This document shows, piece after piece, positions 1 to 9,508 of a DNA stretch of 64,000 nt. This stretch comes from Limisphaerales bacterium. Lineage in GTDB: Bacteria; Verrucomicrobiota; Verrucomicrobiia; Limisphaerales; JAJOIW01. The notes beneath the pieces are model-generated. The model saw only the letters and a program-made list of their open reading frames with translations, was not told where the DNA came from and did no database searches. The stretch covers positions 106,220 through 170,219 of the forward strand of contig CBFHOE010000003.1 in assembly GCA_965657355.1 (NCBI GenBank), written 5' to 3'. The position numbers were made by a program, and so were the translations under genes. Numbering within the stretch: the first letter of the stretch is position 1; each line of letters starts with the position of its first letter.

Positions 1-16
1 TAGGCTTTCGATTATC

Positions 17-1825
17 TCAGTTTATTTTTTCAACTTTATAGAATTGAAGTTGCTGATTTTGCGATGGGTCAAGAAATTCAGAAAGATCTCCTGTTGCCAA
101 GAAATTGCTCGCCACGAGCTTCCAATCCCCTTGGCCAGCGTCTTGGCGACTCCATATATTGTACACTTTATTTGGGATCGATTCCCATTTTATGAGAGTG
201 CCAGCTTCAGTTACCTCTATTTCCTTAATCAAGAATTTGAATGAGCTGGAGTCTGTGGGATCTGTGTCTGACTTGTATTCATACAAATTTGGAAATCCGT
301 CGTTATCGGGATCCTCATGAGCAGCTGCAATCGCTGACGTGAATGGTGAGAAATATTTTCTCTGAAAATCGTCAGGAACCCCGTCGTAATTGCCATCAAA
401 TTCAGGATCACTTATTTCTAAAAATCCATCCACATAAACTTGCTGGCCTTCATAGTCGATAATCAGAGAGAGAAGGCCAGGGTCAATATTATCGGGTATA
501 TTGATCCTGGTTGTTATCAAATTCATATTGAGAACTGCCTTTCTCAAAACTTGTGTTTCGAAATATTCAAAGTCTGGGTGACTTGTTCTTAGGGTTGCAC
601 CGGAAGTCGGAATATCATTTCCATATAAACCTATAAATATATCTTTCCGGCCTGATTTCGTCGCCACTGGTCCGGTTGTGAATGAGAAAGGTCCGGCTGG
701 GTGGTCTTCAACAGGCCTAATTTGTGAGATGATGAAATTGGGGCTGCCGGAACTCAAAGATTTATTGTGTGTGAGGATCTGGCCAGCTGTAATCTGAATG
801 GATTCCGGGCTTGTAGGGGTAAACTGAGCTGGGTCAAAATTCTCGAAGCGGTAATCAATATCACCTATAAGCTGGGGTGAATCTTGCCTAAATGTTGTAT
901 TAGGAGGAAAGCAGTTATAGCGGATCGTGTATTCCCCGGGCAGGAGCCCTCCAATCTCCCAGGACCCGTCACCCTCTGTAACCGTTGCGCCTATTAGGTA
1001 GCCTTTTGAATCTTCAATAACCACTTTGGCAGCGGCGGCGGCTACCCCGTTTATCGAGAGAACTCCTTTAATTGATCCAAATTTAGAAACAGCCGCTTGA
1101 GTGGGGTATACGTGTCGGGCAAAAATGATCTCGTCCATTGACAGCCCTTTCAGAAGGTTGTCTCCAAATGCGGATTGATAATACATTGTTGCACCTCCAG
1201 CAACCGAATGAGTAAGTCCAAGAAAATGGCCTATCTCGTGCAAGACGATTCCATCTATTACTAAAGTTCTTCTTTCAAGATTTTCTGAATTCCTTTGCCA
1301 TTTGAAATCAATTCCATTCAAAACTGTATCCGATTCAAGGATATGCCCGTTTGTATCCCAAGAGGATACGTTAACTGCTGGTAAATTTCTGATGTTGGCC
1401 ACTCCCCCCCATACAAATACTGAATTATTTTCCCAATAAATCAGATTTTTACCGTCTTGAAGATTGATGTCTAAATTGTTTTCAAGGATGCCTGCTTCTT
1501 CAAACTTTATATTGGAGTCGGGTATCGCTTCCCATTGATGAATTGCAGATCGAATAGCGTCCTGTTCGAATTTCTCGTTTTCCAATGAATAGGCTGGTGA
1601 ACCAAGGTAATATTTAATTGCCTTTGTCTGACGATTAAATGAGTCGGAGTGAAGAAATGGACTATAAGGTGGATTAAATTGCCATGTCGTTGGGTGAGGG
1701 AATATGTTGTTTTGAGGATTAGCTTCTAATCGCTGGCGAACCGGAGCAGGCAGTTTCTCCATCCCAATCATCACTAACAATAGGAAAATTGGGAAAATTT
1801 TCGGTGTTTTGTTTCCTCGATACAT
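17..1825 (-). CDS. Matrixin-family (metzincin) zinc metalloprotease with carboxypeptidase-regulatory-like domain and C-terminal Asp-rich Ca-binding segment
   Basis: HEIGHFLGLTH zinc motif followed by Met-turn ATMY; hydrophobic N-terminus; C-terminal DGNYDGVPDD / DPDNDGFPNLYEY..TDP motifs. Confidence 0.85.
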   Translation of the reverse strand: MYRGNKTPKIFPIFLLLVMIGMEKLPAPVRQRLEANPQNNIFPHPTTWQFNPPYSPFLHSDSFNRQTKAIKYYLGSPAYSLENEKFEQDAIRSAIHQWEAIPDSNIKFEEAGILENNLDINLQDGKNLIYWENNSVFVWGGVANIRNLPAVNVSSWDTNGHILESDTVLNGIDFKWQRNSENLERRTLVIDGIVLHEIGHFLGLTHSVAGGATMYYQSAFGDNLLKGLSMDEIIFARHVYPTQAAVSKFGSIKGVLSINGVAAAAAKVVIEDSKGYLIGATVTEGDGSWEIGGLLPGEYTIRYNCFPPNTTFRQDSPQLIGDIDYRFENFDPAQFTPTSPESIQITAGQILTHNKSLSSGSPNFIISQIRPVEDHPAGPFSFTTGPVATKSGRKDIFIGLYGNDIPTSGATLRTSHPDFEYFETQVLRKAVLNMNLITTRINIPDNIDPGLLSLIIDYEGQQVYVDGFLEISDPEFDGNYDGVPDDFQRKYFSPFTSAIAAAHEDPDNDGFPNLYEYKSDTDPTDSSSFKFLIKEIEVTEAGTLIKWESIPNKVYNIWSRQDAGQGDWKLVASNFLATGDLSEFLDPSQNQQLQFYKVEKIN

Positions 1826-2349
1826 TATTTTGATTGAACCTCTTTTTGGACGAGACCTTTGAGGTCTTTTAAAGGGAGAGTCATTCCGTTGGCATTAAGC
1901 TGGGCAAATCCATTGTTGCTCGCGATCTCAATGCCATCAGTTGGTTTTGATAAACTTTTTTTAATATCAAAGTGACCCTGCCATAGTGATACTATGATCC
2001 AATTATTTTTTTTATTTTTAACCAAAAAAAGCGCTGACTTATCCCCTCTTTTAAAGAGTTTTTGATTTTTGTTTTTTTGCATTATACTTCCAAGAACTCC
2101 TCCAGGTTGTATAACATTTATTATTTTTTCATTTAAACGACCCTTCCAGGTTTCGGTAACAGAAATTTCAGCTGATGTAATGAGTCGTTTTCTATCGTCC
2201 GTGTAGCAGCGAATTTTTGAGATTTTGCCACAAACAATGAGTTGAGATTCCTCTATTAAAGAAGAAATATCTATTGCGGAAGGCTTAGCGTTCTCAATCA
2301 GTGTTAAGAATGCCACTGCCGCAAATGCGGATCTGGCAAATTTATACAT
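1825..2349 (-). CDS. Exported hypothetical protein translationally coupled to the metalloprotease
   Basis: 174-aa ORF with signal-peptide-like N-terminus; TAA stop overlaps the next ATG (TAATG). Confidence 0.7.
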   Translation of the reverse strand: MYKFARSAFAAVAFLTLIENAKPSAIDISSLIEESQLIVCGKISKIRCYTDDRKRLITSAEISVTETWKGRLNEKIINVIQPGGVLGSIMQKNKNQKLFKRGDKSALFLVKNKKNNWIIVSLWQGHFDIKKSLSKPTDGIEIASNNGFAQLNANGMTLPLKDLKGLVQKEVQSK

Positions 2350-2479
2350 AATAAATACCTAGCACACCGTCTCCCAAATCACAACTCGTGCAAGAAGTTT
2401 ATTATCAAAGATAACATATTGAGCCGAATTGCTTTAAGTCGCGGAGGAAAACGAATAAAGTGGAGGATAATTTTCATTC

Positions 2480-3589
2480 ATGTCTGAAAAAAAGCTCAGA
2501 ATTGTCATGTTGAATTGGCGTGACCCCGAGAATCCGTTGGCTGGTGGTGCTGAGCGAGTGACTCTCGGGTATTTGGCCGATCTAGCCGAACGTGGCCATG
2601 AGGTATTCTGGCTTACTCATTCTTACGAAGGTTGCGAGAAAACCACTGAAATTTCAGGTGTTCGGGTTATCAGGTTGGGTAATTTAATTCGATCCCGGAT
2701 ACGAGCTTACATCTGGGTAAAGAATCATTTCCCCATTGATTTACTTATTGATCAACACCATGGAATTCCTTGGTTCACCAATTTATGGGCTCCTTGCCCT
2801 GCCATTTCTTATATTCACGAAGTGTTAGGTCCTATTTGGAAGTCTTTTTATCCCTTTCCGCTGGCCCAGCTTGGTATAATGCAAGAGCGGATTACTCTTT
2901 GGTTTTATCGAAAACAAAAATTTTGGACTGGGTGTCATACGACGCAAACCCACCTCAAGGATGCAGGTGTTCGAGATGTCACCATCATCCCGTACGGTGT
3001 AGACCTCAAACCGCTACAAACTCTTCCCACTAAAATTTTAGAGCCACCATTACGCCTAGCTATGGTTAGCCGACTGGCACCAAACAAAAGAGTACACCTT
3101 GGTGTCGCACTCCTTAAATCGCTAAATGAGCAAGGAGTGGATACTTACCTAAAAATAATAGGAACCGGTGAGTGTGAGTCTGAAATTAGAAGGGTTATTT
3201 CTGATAATGGGATGCAGGACCGTTGTGAGTTGCTTGGTCACGTTGAAGAAGGTGAAAAATTGGCCCATTTGCAAGAAGCTCATTTTTTGGTTCATACCTC
3301 GATGCGAGAGGGGTGGGGGCTCAATGTAGTCGAGGCCAATGCCTATGGCACGCCAGCTGTTGTTTTTCCAGTTCCTGGTTTAATTGACAGTACTACTCAT
3401 TTGGAAACAGGGTATATTTCTAAGTATGAGGACGTTGCTAGCCTTGCTTTGGTGATTCTTGAAGCTATTCAAAACCCTAAGGTCTATCAGGAATGCAGAA
3501 AAAATGCTTTGATGAGAGCTCGGTCGCATCTTTGGGAGGAAGTGTTGCCCCATGCAAGAAGCTTTGTGCTCACATCAGCTCAATCATAA
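2480..3589 (+). CDS. Glycosyltransferase family 4
   Basis: N-terminal AGGAE motif; C-terminal EGWGLNVVEANAYGTP (EX7E) motif. Confidence 0.9.
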   Translation: MSEKKLRIVMLNWRDPENPLAGGAERVTLGYLADLAERGHEVFWLTHSYEGCEKTTEISGVRVIRLGNLIRSRIRAYIWVKNHFPIDLLIDQHHGIPWFTNLWAPCPAISYIHEVLGPIWKSFYPFPLAQLGIMQERITLWFYRKQKFWTGCHTTQTHLKDAGVRDVTIIPYGVDLKPLQTLPTKILEPPLRLAMVSRLAPNKRVHLGVALLKSLNEQGVDTYLKIIGTGECESEIRRVISDNGMQDRCELLGHVEEGEKLAHLQEAHFLVHTSMREGWGLNVVEANAYGTPAVVFPVPGLIDSTTHLETGYISKYEDVASLALVILEAIQNPKVYQECRKNALMRARSHLWEEVLPHARSFVLTSAQS

Positions 3590-3641
3590 CCTTAGTTTCA
3601 AATAGATTGGATTTATTAGAAACTTCATTTATTTGTAACAT

Positions 3642-3953
3642 ATGACCGAAACAGGAAAATTTTCAGAACAAAAAATCCAACAATCCATCAAAGACTTAGA
3701 CAAAGGTTGGGCATTAGAAGACGATAAGCTGACTCGAGTTTTTATATTCTCTAATTTTGTCTATGCCTTTAGCTTCATGTCCGGTGTGGCCATCATGGCA
3801 GAAAAATTAAACCACCACCCAGAATGGTTCAACGTATACAACAGGGTGAAGATTCAACTAACGACTCATGATGTCGGTGGGATATCCGAATTGGACTTCA
3901 AACTAGCAGCTAAAATGGATAAGATTGCACAATCCATCGGCAGCCATCAGTAG
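3642..3953 (+). CDS. phhB: Pterin-4-alpha-carbinolamine dehydratase
   Basis: [28 protein letters not shown] signature. Confidence 0.93.
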   Translation: MTETGKFSEQKIQQSIKDLDKGWALEDDKLTRVFIFSNFVYAFSFMSGVAIMAEKLNHHPEWFNVYNRVKIQLTTHDVGGISELDFKLAAKMDKIAQSIGSHQ

Positions 3954-3960
3954 GTGATCC

Positions 3961-4677
3961 TTATTTAATACCTTCTAATCTCTGCTTCCACATTTTATAT
4001 AGCTGATTTGTTGCCTCCACATCTCTGACGCAATACTCAGCTATTTCTCTGTATTTCCCCTCATTCATGAGCCTTGTCACATCCATGCCTGTGACCCCTT
4101 GACTTTTAGGGGAATCAATTCCAAAGGCTCTGCAGTAGAAATCTAGATTAAACTTTCTTGCCGCGCCCATTCTTCCGCTCGCTCCATAGAAACACAATTG
4201 GTCCGCGAGATCGCAATGCGAATCAGTGGAAAATCTATATCCCATCCAATTTTTAGCGGAGATCGAGACATCCAGAAGTGCCGAACGAAGATATAAGAAT
4301 GGAACATCAAACGCTCTTCCGTTGAATGTGACTACTTTATCAAAGTGCTTTGCGGCCTGCCAAAAACTGTTTAATAGTTCAGATTCATCTGGGCATGCAA
4401 CGTACTCAATATCACCAGACAAGCCTCCCTCATCAAAATCATCCGCCAAGAAAAGACTCTTACCCCTTCCTGTATCTACATTAATCATCGCTATACAGAC
4501 GATTTGGGCGGTGAATGGCCAGAGTGCAAACATCTTTTCAATCTCGCCCGTTTCCTTAATTCTCTCCTCCTCCGACTCTAAATTTTCAGCCGATCGAAAA
4601 ATATATTCTTGTTGTGATTCATCTAGATATTCACGTGGCAAGGCGGAAGTCTCAATGTCGAATACTAATGTTGCCAT
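3961..4677 (-). CDS. PolB-like 3'-5' exonuclease (RNase H-like DEDD family)
   Basis: VFDIET (ExoI), TFNGRAFDVPFL (ExoII), EYCVRDV (ExoIII). Confidence 0.85.
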   Translation of the reverse strand: MATLVFDIETSALPREYLDESQQEYIFRSAENLESEEERIKETGEIEKMFALWPFTAQIVCIAMINVDTGRGKSLFLADDFDEGGLSGDIEYVACPDESELLNSFWQAAKHFDKVVTFNGRAFDVPFLYLRSALLDVSISAKNWMGYRFSTDSHCDLADQLCFYGASGRMGAARKFNLDFYCRAFGIDSPKSQGVTGMDVTRLMNEGKYREIAEYCVRDVEATNQLYKMWKQRLEGIK

Positions 4678-5089
4678 GACTATACTCTACTTGATGAGCT
4701 CCAATGGTTTAAGAAAATTCCCTCAGATAGCAGGAAAAGTGTTATTTTAATCGCAAACCTTTTCCTTTTTGAGTCGAATAATACGTATTTAAAAATCGTT
4801 TCACTGATATTTTGACTGTTTTAGGAGGCTGATGAATGGAAATATCTCAGAAAAGGTTTGTTCATTTTCATTTCAGGCTGAAAAGAAGATACAAACGGTT
4901 CTAACATGAGAAGATCCATAGATTAGAGATCGAATTTTTTATAAAAATGAATTTCAATACAATCCATACTCATAGTGACGAGGCGCTTGTTTCAGTGGCG
5001 ACTCTCTCTGAGTTTTAATCCATTTTATAGAGAAAAATTAGAACCAAGTTGCTAGAATTAATGACTTTGTATTCTCAATTGCCATTTCG

Positions 5090-6496
5090 ATGAGAAAAGA
5101 ATTTTACGAAAATATCGCTCATACCAAGCCCGAAATTGCTCATAGGTTATATAATAAACTCATACAGAGATATTTTCGGTTTTTCATTCCAGAAGGGGCT
5201 CGTGTTTTAGAAATAGGATGCGGAATTGGCGATTTATTAGCGGCTGTAAACCCCGCGTATGGCGTTGGTATCGATTTTTCGCCCACCATGATTCAATTGG
5301 CTACTTCCAGGCATCCAGAGCATACTTTTATTGAAGCAAATGCAGAAAGTTTTCAATCGGAAGATCACTTTGATTACATTGTACTATCTGATTTAGTCAA
5401 CGATCTCGAAGATGTTCAGCAAGTTCTTGAAAACGTGAAATCCTTTGCTCATAGCCGAACTCGGATTATCGTTAATTTCTTCAATGACTTTTGGAGGCCT
5501 ATTCTTTATTTGGCGGTTTCCAGAGGTTGGAAATCTCCCACCCCAAAAAATCAGAATTGGTTGTCGATAGCCGACATTGAGAACATGCTTTCCCTATCTG
5601 GTTGGGAAAAGGTGAAGTCGGATAACAAAATTTTAATTCCTGTCAACTTGGGCTTCGTTAGTGATCTAGTTAATAGGTGGTTTGCCCCATTACCTTTGGT
5701 TCGAAGTCTTGCCCTTTCCAAATTTATCGTGGCCAGGCCAACTCATGTTGCAATGTGGGAGATTGGTAACCGAGCTTTCTCATGCACTGTCGTCATACCT
5801 TCGAGGAATGAGGCTGGCAATATCGAGCATGCGGTAAAGCGAACCCCTGAAATGGGAATAGGTACTGAAATTATTTTTATAGAGGGAGGGTCATCTGACA
5901 ATACATGGGATGAAATTTGTCGAGTTCAGAAGGCCTATCCAGAAAAGAATATTAAATCTATGAGGCAATCTGGTAAAGGAAAGGGGAATGCCGTCAGAGA
6001 AGCATTTGCTAAAGCAACCGGGGACATCCTTTTTATTTTAGATGCCGACTTAACTGTTCCGCCTGAGGAGTTGCCAAAATTCTATGAAACAGCGCGAAAG
6101 GGGCATGCCGATTTTGTAAATGGAGTTCGCCTTGTCTATCCAATGGAAGCCCAGGCAATGAGGTTCTTTAACATGCTGGGAAACATGTTTTTCAGTCGCT
6201 CATTCACTTGGCTTCTTGGACAGAGAATAAAGGATACTTTATGCGGAACTAAGGTCCTGTTTCGCGAGGATTACCAAAAGATAGCAGCTAATAGAAAATA
6301 CTTTGGTGATTTTGATCCTTTTGGTGATTTTGACCTACTCTTCGGGGCGTCAAAACTTAACTTAAAAATCGTAGATCTTCCCATTAGATATAAGGCCCGA
6401 ACCTATGGCGATACGAATATTGACAGGTGGAAGCATGGCGCGATTTTGATTAGAATGCTTGTTTTCGCAGCAAGACGACTGAAATTTATCAAATGA
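5090..6496 (+). CDS. Fused class I SAM methyltransferase / glycosyltransferase family 2
   Basis: VLEIGCGIG motif I; C-terminal VVIPSRNE, LDADL (DXD) and DTLCGTK GT2 motifs. Confidence 0.9.
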   Translation: MRKEFYENIAHTKPEIAHRLYNKLIQRYFRFFIPEGARVLEIGCGIGDLLAAVNPAYGVGIDFSPTMIQLATSRHPEHTFIEANAESFQSEDHFDYIVLSDLVNDLEDVQQVLENVKSFAHSRTRIIVNFFNDFWRPILYLAVSRGWKSPTPKNQNWLSIADIENMLSLSGWEKVKSDNKILIPVNLGFVSDLVNRWFAPLPLVRSLALSKFIVARPTHVAMWEIGNRAFSCTVVIPSRNEAGNIEHAVKRTPEMGIGTEIIFIEGGSSDNTWDEICRVQKAYPEKNIKSMRQSGKGKGNAVREAFAKATGDILFILDADLTVPPEELPKFYETARKGHADFVNGVRLVYPMEAQAMRFFNMLGNMFFSRSFTWLLGQRIKDTLCGTKVLFREDYQKIAANRKYFGDFDPFGDFDLLFGASKLNLKIVDLPIRYKARTYGDTNIDRWKHGAILIRMLVFAARRLKFIK

Positions 6497-7260
6497 ATTT
6501 GGATTTAAACCAGCAGCACTTAAATGAAATTCTGCTTAATAAGGAAAGCTGGGATAAAAAACCTATTGTCCAAAAAATTTATCAATCATTTTTTGAAAGA
6601 GTGAGTGCAGAGCTTTCTCCACTCTCTTTAACCTCGAATAGAAAAATAGTTGAAATTGGGAGTGGAATGGGGATGCTGAAATCCCGGATTCCAGATCTTA
6701 TTACAACTGATCTGTTTCCCAACCCGTGGATCGATCTGGCCTGCACGGCATATTCTTTACCATTCGAGGAAGACTCAGTTTCCGACATCCTACTAATAGA
6801 TGTTTTTCACCATCTCGAAAGACCTTTTGCTTTTTTAAAAGAGGCTTCCAGAGTTTTGTTGCCGGGTGGTCGGGTCATTCTTTTAGAACCTTTTATAAGT
6901 CTGACAAGCTTTCCTGTCTTCGAGTTTTTGCATCCTGAGCCTGTTGGAAAAGCATTGGAAATTTCTCTTATAGACGAGCCACCCAAAGATCCGGCATATT
7001 ACGCCGCTCAAGGTAATGCCACTCATATTTTTTTTAATAAATCAGCTGACTTGTCGCATTGTCCTCTATCGATTCTGAAGACTATGAGCTGGTCATGCTG
7101 GAATTACCTTCTTTCGGGTGGGTTCAGTAAACCAGCATTTTATCCTAAATATTTTTATCATTGGATATCAGTGATAGATAAGTTTTTGTCCCATTTTCCA
7201 ACGGTATTCGCCGGGAGGTGCCTTGTTGTCCTCGAAAAGCCACAGAACTGTAACACGTGA
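6493..7260 (+). CDS. Class I SAM-dependent methyltransferase
   Basis: VEIGSGMG, DVFHHL, RVLLPGG; ATGA overlap with upstream gene. Confidence 0.88.
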   Translation: MNLDLNQQHLNEILLNKESWDKKPIVQKIYQSFFERVSAELSPLSLTSNRKIVEIGSGMGMLKSRIPDLITTDLFPNPWIDLACTAYSLPFEEDSVSDILLIDVFHHLERPFAFLKEASRVLLPGGRVILLEPFISLTSFPVFEFLHPEPVGKALEISLIDEPPKDPAYYAAQGNATHIFFNKSADLSHCPLSILKTMSWSCWNYLLSGGFSKPAFYPKYFYHWISVIDKFLSHFPTVFAGRCLVVLEKPQNCNT

Positions 7261-7336
7261 TGCTTTTGTCTGTTTGTTTGTTTGCCAAGTTCGGTGACAT
7301 AAGTTAATCATTTTATAAACCAAACCTGGATCAGAT

Positions 7337-7927
7337 ATGATAGATCGCATTTCCAGGCCCACTGTGCTGGTGCTGAATCGAAACTGGCAGGCGGTTAATG
7401 CTTCCACGCCTAAGGTTGCCTTTTGTCATTTAATATCTGGATCGGCCTCGGCCCTCCACATCGTATCCCACGAGGAAATGTATCCCATGCAATGGAACGA
7501 GTGGATTAAAATTCCGACGACGCCACAAGATAGCACAATTCGAACAATCCGGGGCCCCATTAAAATCCCAACCGTCATCATTCTTAAATCATTTTCAAAA
7601 ATTCCAACGCGGAAGCCAAAGCTAAATTCGCGATCCATCAGGGAAAGGGACCGTAACCGCTGTCAGTATACAGGACGGTTTTTAAAGCCCGATGAAGGGA
7701 GTGTCGACCATATAGTTCCTCGGTCTAGAGGAGGAAAAGACTCATGGGATAATTGTGTTTGGGCATCCAAAAAAATAAATTCAAAAAAAGGAAGTCAGCT
7801 ACCAGAAGAGGCCGGTCTAAGACTTCTCAGGGAGCCCTTTGAAATGAGGGAAATGCCGGTGACAGCTTTTATTAGGAATACATACGAGGTCGATGATTGG
7901 AAATTTTTCCTGCCCAAATACGCCTGA
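7337..7927 (+). CDS. HNH endonuclease
   Basis: VLVLNRNWQ N-terminus; RDRNRCQYTG and DHIVPRSRGG..WDN..NSKKG. Confidence 0.88.
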   Translation: MIDRISRPTVLVLNRNWQAVNASTPKVAFCHLISGSASALHIVSHEEMYPMQWNEWIKIPTTPQDSTIRTIRGPIKIPTVIILKSFSKIPTRKPKLNSRSIRERDRNRCQYTGRFLKPDEGSVDHIVPRSRGGKDSWDNCVWASKKINSKKGSQLPEEAGLRLLREPFEMREMPVTAFIRNTYEVDDWKFFLPKYA

Positions 7928-7960
7928 TGATAATTTAGTTTTGTCTCCTTTCCGGTTTCT

Positions 7961-9508
7961 ATGTCATCAATTCTTTTTAGCGTGAAACAAAAGAAAATAA
8001 TTTGGTTATTAGGAGTATTTGTTTTTTTTAAAATCAGCTGCTTATCATCTATTGAATTTGAAGTTGCCGATATTTTTGGAGATAACATGGTTCTTCAAGC
8101 GGGAGCTGCAGGGAAAATCTGGGGAAAGGGGCCATCAGGTGAAAAGGTCAGTCTCAAAATAGCCGGGTCCGAAGCTCATACCACAATTGATTCACTCGGC
8201 AAATGGCAAATAGAACTCCCAAATCTAAGTCCATCTTACACGACTTATAATCTTGTAGTTGAAGGCCCGAAAACTATTCGATTTCAAAATATTTTGTTTG
8301 GAGATGTTTGGTACGCTTCTGGTCAATCTAATATGGAATGGCGCTTAAGAGAATGCGCAAAAAGAGAAAAAAAATTTTTGGAATTCATTGAAACGGCAAA
8401 ACTGGCGACGATTCGATTTAGGACGATCAAAACCCAGCAATCCAGACGCCCACTTGATAGAATTGGAGATAAAAAAAATTGGGTAGTTGCAGATTCCGGA
8501 TCCGTTCTGGACTTTTCAGCCCTCGCCTATCTTTTTGCAAATGAATTATTCAATAAGCTCGATAGACCAATCGGGATTATTGATAGCTCCTGGGGTGGGC
8601 ACCCTATTGAGCCGTTCATTCCGTCTTCAGCTTTTAGAGGACACCCAGTCCTCGAAGAAGAGTTGCGGCTTTCTCAAGCTGGAGATTTAAAGGGTTTAAG
8701 AAAATTACCCGGTGGCGTTTGGGCGCGGGATGAATCTTGGTTGGCAGGAAGAATATATAATTCACGTGTCGCTCCCATCCTTCCATTTCAAATTAAAGGA
8801 ATTATATGGTACCAAGCTGAATCTAATTGTGGGACCGGTGAGGACCCTCGATATTATCACGTCAAAATGGATGCTTTGATTCGCGGTTGGAGAGAAGCTT
8901 GGAAAGACCTAAAACTGCCCTTTTATTACGTTCAATTACCCCAATACACCGCCCAGGGTTGGACTTTAATGAGAGATGAACAGCGCCGAGCTCTCAATGC
9001 CATATCGCACTCTGGTATGGTGGTCACTATCGATTTAAAGCTAGATGAGATTCATCCTGCAAACAAATTAGACGTTGCCAAAAGGCTTGCTCAATTAGCC
9101 CTTGGTGGAGCCTATGAGAGGGATGTAGTTTGTTCAGGGCCTTTTTTTGAAAGAGTCATCTTTAAAGATGAGATAGCTATCATTACATTTAAAAATACAT
9201 CTGCCGGATTGATTACAGGCAAGATGAGTGATTACCGCTCCGTCCAGTTTTCCAGTGATAAGTCAATTAACGGTTTTGAAATACTCTCAGAGGACGGTCA
9301 GTGGTTCCCTGCAAAAGCTGTTATCACAAACGGCAATGAGGTTCGATGCCATTCTCAAGAGGTTGAAAATCCCCAAGCTGTCAGATACGGTTGGAGGCCT
9401 GCGATGCCCCTCAATAAGCCATGGAATCTCTACAATAAAGCAGGTCTCCCAGCTTCTCCATTCAACTCACTGCCTATTGAAAAAATATATCCAGATGTCA
9501 GGCTTTGA
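7961..9508 (+). CDS. Sialate O-acetylesterase family (SGNH) protein
   Basis: GDVWYASGQSNME, IWYQAESN, IHPANK, NLYNKAGLPASPF. Confidence 0.9.
   Translation: MSSILFSVKQKKIIWLLGVFVFFKISCLSSIEFEVADIFGDNMVLQAGAAGKIWGKGPSGEKVSLKIAGSEAHTTIDSLGKWQIELPNLSPSYTTYNLVVEGPKTIRFQNILFGDVWYASGQSNMEWRLRECAKREKKFLEFIETAKLATIRFRTIKTQQSRRPLDRIGDKKNWVVADSGSVLDFSALAYLFANELFNKLDRPIGIIDSSWGGHPIEPFIPSSAFRGHPVLEEELRLSQAGDLKGLRKLPGGVWARDESWLAGRIYNSRVAPILPFQIKGIIWYQAESNCGTGEDPRYYHVKMDALIRGWREAWKDLKLPFYYVQLPQYTAQGWTLMRDEQRRALNAISHSGMVVTIDLKLDEIHPANKLDVAKRLAQLALGGAYERDVVCSGPFFERVIFKDEIAIITFKNTSAGLITGKMSDYRSVQFSSDKSINGFEILSEDGQWFPAKAVITNGNEVRCHSQEVENPQAVRYGWRPAMPLNKPWNLYNKAGLPASPFNSLPIEKIYPDVRL

Noticed and set aside
4226..4750. 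174-aa + strand ORF
   Set aside because: Antisense to the well-supported exonuclease; no motifs
6302..6333. Direct repeat TTTGGTGATTTTGA x2
   Set aside because: Encodes the protein motif FGDFD-P-FGDFD; not CRISPR or regulatory
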